Of a stretch of DNA of 64,000 bases, positions 38,558-48,058 are shown in pieces; the first letter of the stretch is position 1, and every line of letters begins with the position of its first letter. The stretch spans positions 78,588-142,587 of the forward strand of contig JAEUQN010000001.1 in NCBI GenBank assembly GCA_016789725.1, in the 5' to 3' direction. Source of the DNA: Blastocatellia bacterium (lineage in GTDB: Bacteria; Acidobacteriota; Blastocatellia; RBC074). Both the position numbers and the translations under genes were made by a program. The notes under the pieces were generated by a model. It made no database searches. It was not told the DNA's origin and saw nothing but the letters and a program-made list of their open reading frames with translations.

Positions 38558-39052
38558 TTATCCTTTCTGAAATAGTCCCACTCGCAAGGCGGGGTAGTTG
38601 GCGGCGAAACGCTCAATGCCTCGTTCGTATTCCGCCCAATTTCCTCCGGCGAGGCCACAGCCAATCCCGAATGGCAACGCGACCGACGTGATGCCTTCGA
38701 TCTTGCCCACCAGCATCAACGCATACTTGAATGCGCCCAGCCGATGCCGTGTGTTGTCGGTGTTGCGCGGATCGGGATTTGGCTTGCCCGGCGCAATCTG
38801 CCCGTACAAATTGATGACGGGATCGTGAACGGAAATCCGTGCGTACTGGTCGCGGTGGTTGAGCTTGTCCGTGCGCTCGGTATAGACATTGGCCTGTGGA
38901 TACTTAGCGAAGATGGCTGCCGCCACGCCCTTCGCATACGTCGAAAGGCAATTCGTTTGATGGCAGATGTATTGGAAGCTGTAGTTGTCCACGGCGCGCA
39001 ACAAATCGTCGTGGATGATTTCGAGATTTGACAGTGTGGACTTTGTGGTCAT
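38558..39052 (-). CDS. macro-domain (ADP-ribose binding/processing) protein
   Basis: ICHQTNCLSTYAKGVAAAIFAKYP resembles the macro NAAN...GGGV..AI motif. SVALPFGIGCGLAGGNW resembles the second Gly-rich macro motif. Confidence 0.55.
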   Translation of the reverse strand: MTTKSTLSNLEIIHDDLLRAVDNYSFQYICHQTNCLSTYAKGVAAAIFAKYPQANVYTERTDKLNHRDQYARISVHDPVINLYGQIAPGKPNPDPRNTDNTRHRLGAFKYALMLVGKIEGITSVALPFGIGCGLAGGNWAEYERGIERFAANYPALRVGLFQKG

Positions 39053-39110
39053 AGTGTTTCCTGAATGACAGGCAACAGATTACAAGCAGAATGATCAAGC
39101 ACCATTCCAT

Positions 39111-40763
39111 TTATCGTTCTGACCTCCGCGCTTCAATCAGCTTTCTCTTCAACCCTGTGTGGCGTATCGGCACGCGCTTGATCGCATCAAAGAAGGCTTT
39201 CTTCTGGCCAACGAAGACGACGTGCTTCTCAGCGCGGGTCATCGCCGTGTAGACCAGCGCGCGAATCAACATCCGGCTCATGGAGCTATGAATCGGAATG
39301 ACCACACACGGCCACTGAGAGCCTTGCGATTTGTGGATCGTGATCGCAAACGCATACAGCAATTGATTCCAGGTGTCAGTGGAGTAGTGGACGCGCTTGC
39401 CTTTCTCGAATTTGACTTCCAGCGCATCACCGACAGCGTGCTTCACTTCTCCAACTTCACCATTCATCACACCCAACTTGCGGTTGTTCTTGGTGTGAAT
39501 CACTTTGTCGCCTGTGCGGAAGTTCAACGAGCCAGCAACCGACGTGCCGCCATCCCCGATGCCGCGCAAGATGTCATTCAAGTTGTTTGTTCCTACCGTG
39601 CCTTTCTTCATCGGCACGAGACATTGAATCTGGCTGATCGGATCGTAGCCAAGCCGTTTCGGTAACGATTGGTTGATGATGAGCGGCATCATCTTCGCAA
39701 TCTCCTCGGCAGACTCGATTTCGATGAAGTACGAATCCGATTTCTCCGCGCCCGGTTTCGCAAAGCGAATATCATCATAGCGGCCTTCCCGGATTGCGGC
39801 GGCGTTGCGTGCAACCCAACTCGATTCGTCCTGCCGAAACACTTTCGTGAGTCGAACGATTGCGACCGCTTTGCTTTCAATGAGGTCTTTGAGCACTTGC
39901 CCCGCATCCACCGAGGCCAATTGTTCAGGATCACCGACGATGATGAGCCGGGTGCGCGACGTGCATGCCAGACAAAGCTGCGCCATCATCCACGTGTCCA
40001 CCATTGAGAACTCATCCACGATCAGCACATCGCCAACGACTGGAAAGAGGAAGTTCCAAACGTATTTCTTGACCGCGCCGCAGTAGTACATCAAGCGATG
40101 GAGTGTTTCCGCGGATCGTCCCGTCGCTTCCGCCATGCGCTGGGAAGCGCGCCCTGTCGGTGCGGCGCAATGCACCAACAAGCCTTGCTGCCGAAACAAT
40201 TCGAGGATCGCATTCACCGTCGTCGTCTTGCCTGTGCCCGGATAGCCTGCCAGGATCAAAACGCCTTCGGCTGCCGCCGCGCGTACCGCCTCTTGTTGCT
40301 CGTCGGAAAGTGGTTTGTTGTAGGTGCGAAGAAACGCTTCGACAGTGGCGGCTTCAATCGGTTTGCAATTCCTACCAATGGACTTCAACCGCTCCGCGAT
40401 CATCGTTTCGGTTTGGAAGGTGGCGGGTGTGAAAATGTAGTTGTCCGTGTCTCGCACCAACTCGCCGCGTGCGATCACTTCCTCCAGCGATGCTTGCACG
40501 TCTTCTGGTTTGGCGGCATAGCGGGCGCATAGTTCGGCGACCAGCTTGTCTTGTGGAAAACATGTATGGCCTTCCTTCCGGGCGCGGTCTAAGGCTTCGA
40601 GGAAACGAGTAGTGTGGGGATGAACCGGAAGGGGGGTGCGAAGCAGCGAGTAAAGCTGCAACAGCCGGGCAATGAACGCGACGGCTAAGACTGCTTTCAG
40701 CTTGTGTGGTTGTATCCGAATTCGCATGATAGCAACTCCTGATGAATGACTTTCCACGATCAT
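39111..40763 (-). CDS. RecD-like SF1 DNA helicase (plasmid TraA / Dda-like)
   Basis: Walker A LAGYPGTGKTT. VLIVDEFSMVD. IIVGDPEQLASV. TIHKSQGSQW. YTAMTRAEKHVVFVG. The true start may be Met13 at 40727. Confidence 0.7.
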   Translation of the reverse strand: MIVESHSSGVAIMRIRIQPHKLKAVLAVAFIARLLQLYSLLRTPLPVHPHTTRFLEALDRARKEGHTCFPQDKLVAELCARYAAKPEDVQASLEEVIARGELVRDTDNYIFTPATFQTETMIAERLKSIGRNCKPIEAATVEAFLRTYNKPLSDEQQEAVRAAAAEGVLILAGYPGTGKTTTVNAILELFRQQGLLVHCAAPTGRASQRMAEATGRSAETLHRLMYYCGAVKKYVWNFLFPVVGDVLIVDEFSMVDTWMMAQLCLACTSRTRLIIVGDPEQLASVDAGQVLKDLIESKAVAIVRLTKVFRQDESSWVARNAAAIREGRYDDIRFAKPGAEKSDSYFIEIESAEEIAKMMPLIINQSLPKRLGYDPISQIQCLVPMKKGTVGTNNLNDILRGIGDGGTSVAGSLNFRTGDKVIHTKNNRKLGVMNGEVGEVKHAVGDALEVKFEKGKRVHYSTDTWNQLLYAFAITIHKSQGSQWPCVVIPIHSSMSRMLIRALVYTAMTRAEKHVVFVGQKKAFFDAIKRVPIRHTGLKRKLIEARRSER

Positions 40764-40776
40764 TTTTTTACTGACG

Positions 40777-40785
40777 GTGAAAACC
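40777..40785 (-). promoter_or_regulatory. GT[AG]AAAACC motif instance 9
   Basis: cgGTGAAAACCga. It is 14-50 nt upstream of the RecD-like helicase start. Confidence 0.4.
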
Positions 40786-41512
40786 GAAGTCGTTATTGCC
40801 GGAAAGCTCGTGGGATGTGTCTAGGGGAAAGTCTAGGAGGCCGATTTTCTTCGAGCGGAAAGCGGAAACAGGTTGGGCACAAGATGAGGCATGACACGCA
40901 GAGAGCAGACACATTCACACACGCTTCAGCGATACCTGTAAGAAGGAGTAGTTGCTGTTGGTTGGCACATTTACTGGGGCGATTAACGGGCTGGTGGTTC
41001 TGTATTCACTGACGAGACAGACGGATCACAACCGAAAGTATTGCACCCTTCCTCTTGTGGTTTTATTTTCTCCCTCGGCGAGATTCTTCATGCGTTGGGC
41101 ATTCATCCGGGTAACCTGTCGCCCCGCCATGGGTAGATTCGTCCTGTTCAGAAGCAGCGCTAACAATTCTTTGTTGAAGAGGAAGAGACGAATTTTTCCG
41201 CCTCGGTCTTATGCGTTGCCGGAAAGCAGTGGTTGCCCGATAAATAGGTCAGATATGGATGCCATGTGTAGGGTTATCAATCATGCTTAGCCTCTAAAAG
41301 ATGCCAATTTATGGGCCGGAAGGAAAAAGAAGAAGGGGTACCTTTCCAACCGCTGATTATTAGGCTCGATGCCGCCTCTCTTTTGGAATGCGCCAACCCA
41401 CAGAGCTATTGGTATGTTTCCGCTCCACTGCGTTGTCTCACTCGGTCACGAAATAAAATTGACCGAAGAAAATGGCCTGTGATACCGTCTGGAAGCTTTG
41501 GAATAGCGAGCT

Positions 41513-41911
41513 ATGAGAAGTGGGTTCACAAATCGCAGAAAATTACACACGTGGCAGCGCAACGTTTCGCTGGTGCTGTTGTTGTTTTGTTTCTACGATA
41601 TGGCCGTTGCGGATGTTCTCTTTCCCGGTTCGTGTGAACGGGAAGGGGCGATGATGCCATCCTCTGCTACTCCAGCATCAGACCAGCAAAGCCGTTCCAC
41701 GATAGCGGACGTTGAGCAGGAACAGCATCAGACTCCGGCAGATTCGATGCCAGTGGAAGATGATTGTTTTTGCTGCTGCGCTCATATCGTGCCTGCGGAG
41801 AGTTACAAGTTTCCGCCTCTCCTGCTCCAACCTACACCCATCGAATCTCATCCGGGGAACATTCCCGCTACCCCTGTCGCTGAACTCTTCCGTCCTCCAC
41901 GCCTTGCTTAA
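41513..41911 (+). CDS. small Cys/His-rich hypothetical protein
   Basis: Contains DDCFCCCAHIVP. It is upstream of the czc-like operon. The start is uncertain. Confidence 0.3.
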   Translation: MRSGFTNRRKLHTWQRNVSLVLLLFCFYDMAVADVLFPGSCEREGAMMPSSATPASDQQSRSTIADVEQEQHQTPADSMPVEDDCFCCCAHIVPAESYKFPPLLLQPTPIESHPGNIPATPVAELFRPPRLA

Positions 41912-41950
41912 TCCTCTCGCATTGTAATCACCCTAATAAGGCCGTCGTGT

Positions 41951-43429
41951 GTGCAGTTGTACGCCCGTGCCTTGCGCGCAAGGGAAGTTCTCCCCTGTCG
42001 CCGTAAATTCAAGAGGTTAAGCATGGATTCCAAGAAGTCTTTTCCTGGGATCACTTCACTGTCTCTTTGGTGGAGTGTTCTCACTATAAGTTGTCTCTTT
42101 GTCAGTTTCCCATCTTCAGGGCAGGGGCAACCGCCTGCGCCGAATCTTTCCCCAAACGAGGGAGCAGAGCGCCAAACGTTTCGTAGCGTCACGGAAGTCG
42201 TGACAGAGCAAACCGTGAATGCCCGACAGGGGCTTTCAGCGACGGAACTAATTACACGCGCGCTGACTTCCAACCAGGAGTTGGCGGCAGTGCGCCTGGA
42301 GCTTGAACGGGCACGCGCACGAGTACAACAAGCCGGATTGCGCCCCAATCCAACATTGGATTTTGAGCAGCAACGCGGCGTGTTCAATTCGCCGGGCGAA
42401 CGTGTAACGACAGTCGGCATTTCCGTCCCAATCGAAATGGGCGGCAAACGAGCGCGGCGGCTGACGCTGGCACAGGCCGAACTCGAAGTCGCGCAAGCTG
42501 AAGTTGCGGAACGGGAGCGTAGATTAGCGGCGGAAGTGCGCGCCGCCTATGTGGAAGCGATGGCTGCGCAGCGTGAACTCAGCATCACGGAAGGACTGAA
42601 CCGTCTCGACACCCAAACCGTGCGCGTCGTAGAAGCGCGCGTGACCGAAGGCGATGCCGCGCCGCTCGAAGTGAATCTGTTGCGCGTGGAAGTTGACCGC
42701 TTGCGGGCGCGGCGGGCACTTATCGAGGGACGCTTGCAGGCCGCCTTGCTGAAGCTCAAAACTTTGGCTGGCATTCCGCCCAGCGATGTCTTGCAAGTAC
42801 GAGAAGAACTGGCGCAACCCCTGCTGCGGGAACCACCGGCTGCGGTGGAAGCAGCAGTAGAGATTGCGTTGCGCACTCGTCCCGATCTACGGCTGGCGCG
42901 CTTGCTGGAAGAAGCGGCACAAGCCGGATTGAAATTAGCGCAAGCCCAGGCCCGACCAGACATCATCGTCTCGGCCCGCTACGGCACGAGTCAAAACAGC
43001 TTTGATGAAACGCCGATTGGCTTTCTGACCGACCGCGACAAACTCTTCTCGGTCGGCGTTTCCATTCCCTTACCACTTTTCAATCGCAATCAGGGAGCAG
43101 TGGCGGAAGCCGCAACGACCATCACGCAGGCGCAGCGTCGCCGCGAATTTGTGGAATCCGTCGTGCGCTCGGAGGTCAGCAGCGCGCTCGCGCGCTACCA
43201 AGCGGCTCAGGCCGCGCTCACCACCTTTGAGCAAGGCGTCATCGTGCGCTCGAACGAGAACATTCGCGCCATTCGCGCCGCCTACGATGTGGGCGCATTC
43301 CGCGTGACGGATCTGATTGCCGAACAGCGGCGGCTCCTGGATTCTCAGCGCGAATACACCGAGGCGCTCACCGAACGGTATCGCGCGCTGGCGGATTTTC
43401 AGTCGGCACTGGGAGGCAACGAGAAATGA
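41951..43429 (+). CDS. outer membrane efflux protein (CzcC/CusC/TolC family)
   Basis: Signal peptide. Two repeated helical OMF-like halves. First gene of an OMF-MFP-RND triplet. The start is probably MDSKK at 42023. Confidence 0.7.
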   Translation: MQLYARALRAREVLPCRRKFKRLSMDSKKSFPGITSLSLWWSVLTISCLFVSFPSSGQGQPPAPNLSPNEGAERQTFRSVTEVVTEQTVNARQGLSATELITRALTSNQELAAVRLELERARARVQQAGLRPNPTLDFEQQRGVFNSPGERVTTVGISVPIEMGGKRARRLTLAQAELEVAQAEVAERERRLAAEVRAAYVEAMAAQRELSITEGLNRLDTQTVRVVEARVTEGDAAPLEVNLLRVEVDRLRARRALIEGRLQAALLKLKTLAGIPPSDVLQVREELAQPLLREPPAAVEAAVEIALRTRPDLRLARLLEEAAQAGLKLAQAQARPDIIVSARYGTSQNSFDETPIGFLTDRDKLFSVGVSIPLPLFNRNQGAVAEAATTITQAQRRREFVESVVRSEVSSALARYQAAQAALTTFEQGVIVRSNENIRAIRAAYDVGAFRVTDLIAEQRRLLDSQREYTEALTERYRALADFQSALGGNEK

Positions 43430-44856
43430 GGAACCAAATGAACGAAATGAAAATTCCATCACCTGAAATCAAATCACTACGGCTGCGTGCCGCCTTGCTG
43501 AGTGCGGGAATACTGATCCTGACAGCGTTGTTCTTGTCCGCGTGTGGTGGGGCGAAGAAGGAAGAGGCGGCGAAGGCGGAAGCCGGTGAAAAGGCAGGCG
43601 AACATAAGGAAGGTACAGGCGAGGAAGTCAGCTTGTCGCCGGAAGCCCTGGCCGCTGCCAAACTCGAATTTGCGGAAGTCACCGCGCGCGCAGGCGGCGG
43701 GTTACTGCGTGTGACCGGCTCAGTCGAAGTCAATCAGCAGCAAACCCAACAGGCGACGCCGCTCGTGTCGGGGCGCGTCGAACGGGTGTATGTGGCGCTC
43801 GGTGACCGCGTGCGTGTGGGGCAGCCGCTCGCCGTGATTGCCAGCCCACAGATCGCGCAGATGCACGGCAAACTGCACGAAGCGGAAACAAAACTTGCGC
43901 TGGCACAACGCGAATTGGAGCGGGTGCAGAAAGCCGAAAATCGGGCGGCAGTCTTGACGGCCAAAGCCCGACTGGATGAAGCGGAGGCGGCGCTCACACG
44001 CACGCGGCGGCTGATTGAAATTGGCGCAGGCGCAGGCAAAGACCTCGTCGCAGCAGAGACAGCGTATCGCACAGCCAAAGCCGAGTACGACTTTCAAAAC
44101 AACATTGCGCTGAACAAAGAACTTCAGGAAGCCCGCGCCAATGTGGAGACCTCCCGTGTGGATGTGGCGCATATCCGCGATGAATTGAAGTCGCTCGGTG
44201 CGCCCGTCAACCGCGAGGAACACAGCAAGCAGGGCGACGATCATAAACAAGATACTTCGCTGATTGCATTGCGCGCTCCTGTTTCCGGCACGGTCACGGA
44301 ACGACTCGTCAATGCGGGCGCAGGAATTGAGGTCGGCAAACCGCTCTTCACCATCGCCAATCTCTCCACCGTTTGGGTGATTGCCAACGTGCCGGAAGCA
44401 CAGGTCAGTCGTCTGCGTGTCGGCACAGCAGCCCGAATTTCCTCCGCTACGCTAGGTGGTGATGCGCGCACCGGACGCATCACCTACATTGATCCGCAAC
44501 TGAATGAAGAAACGCGCACGGCGAAAGTGCGGATCGAACTTGCCAACGCGGGCGAGCGGCTGAAAGGCGGCATGTTTGTCGAAGTCGAGTTTCAGGTGAG
44601 CGGAGCGGAAGCCGCTGGCGAAGAACTGGCTGTCCCGGCGGCAGCAATTCAACGAATGGGCGAGCGCACTATCGTCTTTCTTGCCGATGAAAACGAACCG
44701 GGGCATTTCAAGGTGCGCGAAGTGGAATTGGGCGGCGAAAGCAACGGCTACCGCGTGATCACGGGCGGACTCAAAGCGGGTGAGCGCGTCGTGACGAAGG
44801 GCAGCTTCACGCTGAAATCGCAGTTGCAGAAAGGCGAACTGGGGGAGGAACACTGA
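43426..44856 (+). CDS. RND efflux periplasmic adaptor (CzcB/CusB, HlyD family)
   Basis: N-terminal lipoprotein-like signal (LSACGG), a coiled-coil hairpin and beta-barrel segments. Translationally coupled to both neighbours. Confidence 0.7.
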   Translation: MRNQMNEMKIPSPEIKSLRLRAALLSAGILILTALFLSACGGAKKEEAAKAEAGEKAGEHKEGTGEEVSLSPEALAAAKLEFAEVTARAGGGLLRVTGSVEVNQQQTQQATPLVSGRVERVYVALGDRVRVGQPLAVIASPQIAQMHGKLHEAETKLALAQRELERVQKAENRAAVLTAKARLDEAEAALTRTRRLIEIGAGAGKDLVAAETAYRTAKAEYDFQNNIALNKELQEARANVETSRVDVAHIRDELKSLGAPVNREEHSKQGDDHKQDTSLIALRAPVSGTVTERLVNAGAGIEVGKPLFTIANLSTVWVIANVPEAQVSRLRVGTAARISSATLGGDARTGRITYIDPQLNEETRTAKVRIELANAGERLKGGMFVEVEFQVSGAEAAGEELAVPAAAIQRMGERTIVFLADENEPGHFKVREVELGGESNGYRVITGGLKAGERVVTKGSFTLKSQLQKGELGEEH

Positions 44857-47800
44857 TGATTAGCGCACTCATTCGCTTTGCTGTGGCGCAACGGCTGCTC
44901 GTGTTGCTGGCTGTCGTATTGCTCATCGGCGCAGGCATTTATAGTTTACTGAACCTGCCGATTGACGCCGTGCCGGATGTCACGAATGTGCAGGTGCAAG
45001 TGCTGACTGCTGCGCCCGCCCTTTCCCCGCTTGATGTCGAGCGACAGATCACGTTCCCCGTCGAAGTGGCGATGAGCGGCTTGCCTGATATTGAAGAGAT
45101 TCGTTCGGTCTCGAAGTTTGGCCTCTCGGCGGTCACCATCGTTTTTGACGACAGCATAGATATTTACTTTGCGCGCCAACTCGTGCTGGAGCGGCTCTCA
45201 CAGGCGCGCGAGCAAATCCCGGCAGAGATTGGCGCACCGGAGATGGGGCCGATTTCGACGGGACTGGGCGAGATTTACCAATACGAGTTGAAAGCGAAAA
45301 ATCCGCAGGAATACGACGCGACGGCGCTGCGCACCATTCAGGATTGGAGCGTGCGGCGGCAATTGCTCGGTGTGCCGGGCGTGACCGAAGTCAACAGCTT
45401 CGGCGGGTTTGAGAAGCAGTATCAAGTGCGGCTCGATCCGGCGAAGTTGCAGGCTTACGGCTTGAGCTTACGCGATGTATTTGACGCCGTCGCCCGCAAC
45501 AATGCGAACGTCGGCGGCGCGTATATTGAGAAAGACGCCGAACAATATCTGCTGCGCGGCATCGGCTTGGTGAGTTCGCCCGAAGACATTGCGATGATCG
45601 TCGTCAAGACGGGCAAAGACGGCGTGCCAGTCTTTGTGCGCGATGTGGGCGAAGTGGTCGCGGGCGCTACGGTACGGCAAGGCGCAGTGACCTCGAACGG
45701 CGAGGGCGAAATCGTCGCAGGCATTGCGATGATGCTCAAAGGCGAGAACTCACGTTCCGTCGTGGAGCGCGTCAAAGCGCGCGTCGAGGAAATCAAAAAG
45801 ACGTTACCCAAAGGCGTCGAACTGATTCCGTTTTATGACCGCACAGAACTTGTTGACCGCACGATCTGGACGGTAGCGAAAAACTTAATTGAAGGCGCGA
45901 TTTTCGTTATCGTCGTATTGATTTTGCTGCTCGGCAACTGGCGCGGCGCGTTGGTGGTGGCGACGATCATTCCGCTCTCGATGTTGTTTGCGGCCATTCT
46001 GATGCGCGTCTTCAACGTGTCGGGCAATCTGATGAGTCTGGGCGCGCTTGATTTTGGTTTGATTGTGGACGGCGCGGTGGTAATGGTCGAGAACGCCGTG
46101 CGCAGGCGTGCGGAAGCGCAACACGAAGGCAAAGACGAAGCGCCGGAAAAAACGATTCTTGACGCTTGTCTGGAAGTCGCGCGTCCGGTCGTGTTTGCAG
46201 TGGCAATCATTGCCATCGTTTACCTGCCCATCCTCAGTCTGACCGGCATTGAAGGCAAGATGTTCAAGCCGATGGCGCTGACGGTTGTGTTTGCGCTGAT
46301 TGGATCACTGCTACTCTCGCTGACTTACGTGCCAGCCATGCTGACGTTCGTGTTGCGCGGGAAAGTAGCAGAGACCGAAAGCCCGATCCTTCGCATCGCG
46401 CGGCGCTGGTACGAACCGGCGCGGGCGTTCGTGATGCGGCGGCGCATTCCAGCGCTAACGGTGGCATTGGTCTTGGTGATCGTGAGCGGCGCGTTGTTTC
46501 CTTTCCTCGGTGCAGAATTCATTCCGCGCCTTGACGAAGGCTCGTTGGCAGTGCAAATCGGGCGACTGCCCAGCGTGTCATTGACCGAATCCATTCGCAT
46601 CGGGACGGAAACGGAGAAAGTGCTAAAGAGCTTTCCTGAAGTGACAACGGTCATTTCCAAGACCGGACGCGCTGAAGTCGCTACCGACCCGATGGGCGTG
46701 GAAGTCAGCGACCTGTACATCGCGCTCAAACCGCGCGATGAATGGACGACGACCAAAAGCCGCGAAGAGTTGATTGAGAAAATGTCTGAGGCGCTGGAAA
46801 ACAAAGTGCCGGGCGCGGCCTTCAGCTTCTCGCAGCCGATTGAATTGCGCGTCTCGGAGTTAATTTCCGGCGTGCGCTCCGATGTCGCCATCAAGCTCTT
46901 CGGCGATGATCTCGACACGCTCAAGACTGAGGGCGAGAAGATCGCGCGCGTCGTCGGCAAGGTGAGTGGCGCGGAAGATGTCAAAGTCGAGCAGATTTCC
47001 GGCCTGCCGCAGTTGCAGATCAAACCCAACCGGGCAGCGATTGCGCGTTACGGCATCAACGTCGAGGCCGTCAACGATCTGGTCGAATCCGTCGTCGCCG
47101 GCAAGCAGGCAGGTTTGGTGTACGAAGGCGAGCAACGCTTCAATCTGGTCGTGCGCCTGCACGAAGCCGCAGGCCGCGATGTGGAGACGATCAAGGGGCT
47201 ACTCGTCTCGGCCCCCAATGGCGCGCGTATACCGCTCGCACAACTGGCTGACATCTCTATCGTCGAAGGCCCGGCGCAGATTTCGCGCGAAGACACGCGC
47301 CGCCGCATTGTGGTCGAATTGAATGTGCGGGGGCGCGACATCGGCAGCTTCGTCAAAGACGCGCAGGCCGCGATTGATCGTGAGGTTAAGCTGCCTGCCG
47401 CGTATTATCTCAAGTGGGGTGGGCAATTTGAAAACCTGCAACGCGCGTCGGAACGATTGCTGATCGTCGTGCCGCTCGCACTCTTCCTGATCTTCGTGCT
47501 GCTCTTCACGACGTTCAATTCGCTCAAGCAAGCCGTGTTGATTTACACCGGCATTCCGTTCGCCATTGTCGGCGGCGTGTTTGCACTGGCAATGCGTGGA
47601 CTGCCGTTTTCCATCTCGGCAGGCGTGGGCTTTATTGCGCTCTTTGGCGTCGCGGTACTGAACGGCGTCGTGATGGTGAGCGCGATCAATCGGCTGCGCG
47701 AAGAAGGCCGCAGCGTAGATGACGCCGTCAGTGAAGGAGCGTCCACCCGCTTACGTCCTGTGCTGATGACGGCGTTAGTCGCCAGCCTGGGGTTTATTCC

Positions 47801-48017
47801 GATGGCGATTGCCACATCCGCTGGAGCCGAAGTGCAACGTCCGCTGGCAACGGTTGTCATCGGCGGGTTAATTACATCAACGATTCTCACCCTGTTAATT
47901 CTACCGATGCTCTATCGGTGGTTTGAGCGAGAACCAAACGAAAATTCGCAGTTCACTTCATCGCAAGAGCGCGCCGCTGAAGAAAGTGATGTGGCGGAAG
48001 TGCAGGCAGTACCGTAA
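44856..48017 (+). CDS. heavy-metal efflux RND transporter (CusA/CzcA family)
   Basis: 1053 aa. The N-terminus MISALIRFAVAQRLLVLLAVVLLIGAGIYSLLNLPIDAVPDVTNVQVQV is typical of CzcA/CusA. 12-TM architecture. Confidence 0.85.
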   Translation: MISALIRFAVAQRLLVLLAVVLLIGAGIYSLLNLPIDAVPDVTNVQVQVLTAAPALSPLDVERQITFPVEVAMSGLPDIEEIRSVSKFGLSAVTIVFDDSIDIYFARQLVLERLSQAREQIPAEIGAPEMGPISTGLGEIYQYELKAKNPQEYDATALRTIQDWSVRRQLLGVPGVTEVNSFGGFEKQYQVRLDPAKLQAYGLSLRDVFDAVARNNANVGGAYIEKDAEQYLLRGIGLVSSPEDIAMIVVKTGKDGVPVFVRDVGEVVAGATVRQGAVTSNGEGEIVAGIAMMLKGENSRSVVERVKARVEEIKKTLPKGVELIPFYDRTELVDRTIWTVAKNLIEGAIFVIVVLILLLGNWRGALVVATIIPLSMLFAAILMRVFNVSGNLMSLGALDFGLIVDGAVVMVENAVRRRAEAQHEGKDEAPEKTILDACLEVARPVVFAVAIIAIVYLPILSLTGIEGKMFKPMALTVVFALIGSLLLSLTYVPAMLTFVLRGKVAETESPILRIARRWYEPARAFVMRRRIPALTVALVLVIVSGALFPFLGAEFIPRLDEGSLAVQIGRLPSVSLTESIRIGTETEKVLKSFPEVTTVISKTGRAEVATDPMGVEVSDLYIALKPRDEWTTTKSREELIEKMSEALENKVPGAAFSFSQPIELRVSELISGVRSDVAIKLFGDDLDTLKTEGEKIARVVGKVSGAEDVKVEQISGLPQLQIKPNRAAIARYGINVEAVNDLVESVVAGKQAGLVYEGEQRFNLVVRLHEAAGRDVETIKGLLVSAPNGARIPLAQLADISIVEGPAQISREDTRRRIVVELNVRGRDIGSFVKDAQAAIDREVKLPAAYYLKWGGQFENLQRASERLLIVVPLALFLIFVLLFTTFNSLKQAVLIYTGIPFAIVGGVFALAMRGLPFSISAGVGFIALFGVAVLNGVVMVSAINRLREEGRSVDDAVSEGASTRLRPVLMTALVASLGFIPMAIATSAGAEVQRPLATVVIGGLITSTILTLLILPMLYRWFEREPNENSQFTSSQERAAEESDVAEVQAVP

Positions 48018-48058
48018 CAGAAATAAAAAAATCGCCTCTGACTGGAAAGGAGAATTGA

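Larger units (their letters stand above)
1..40800. mobile_element. segment of a conjugative/mobilizable element (T4CP, MobC-relaxase, leading-region-like block, defense cargo)
   Basis: A VirD4-type coupling protein, a MOB relaxase with its accessory gene, ssb, a RecD-like helicase and a co-oriented block of small genes are all present. The boundaries are not visible. No integrase was seen. Confidence 0.45.

Noticed and set aside
43720-44250. 176-aa minus-strand ORF
   Set aside because: Antisense to the RND adaptor (CzcB-like) gene.
46325-47029. 234-aa minus-strand ORF
   Set aside because: Antisense to the CusA/CzcA RND gene.
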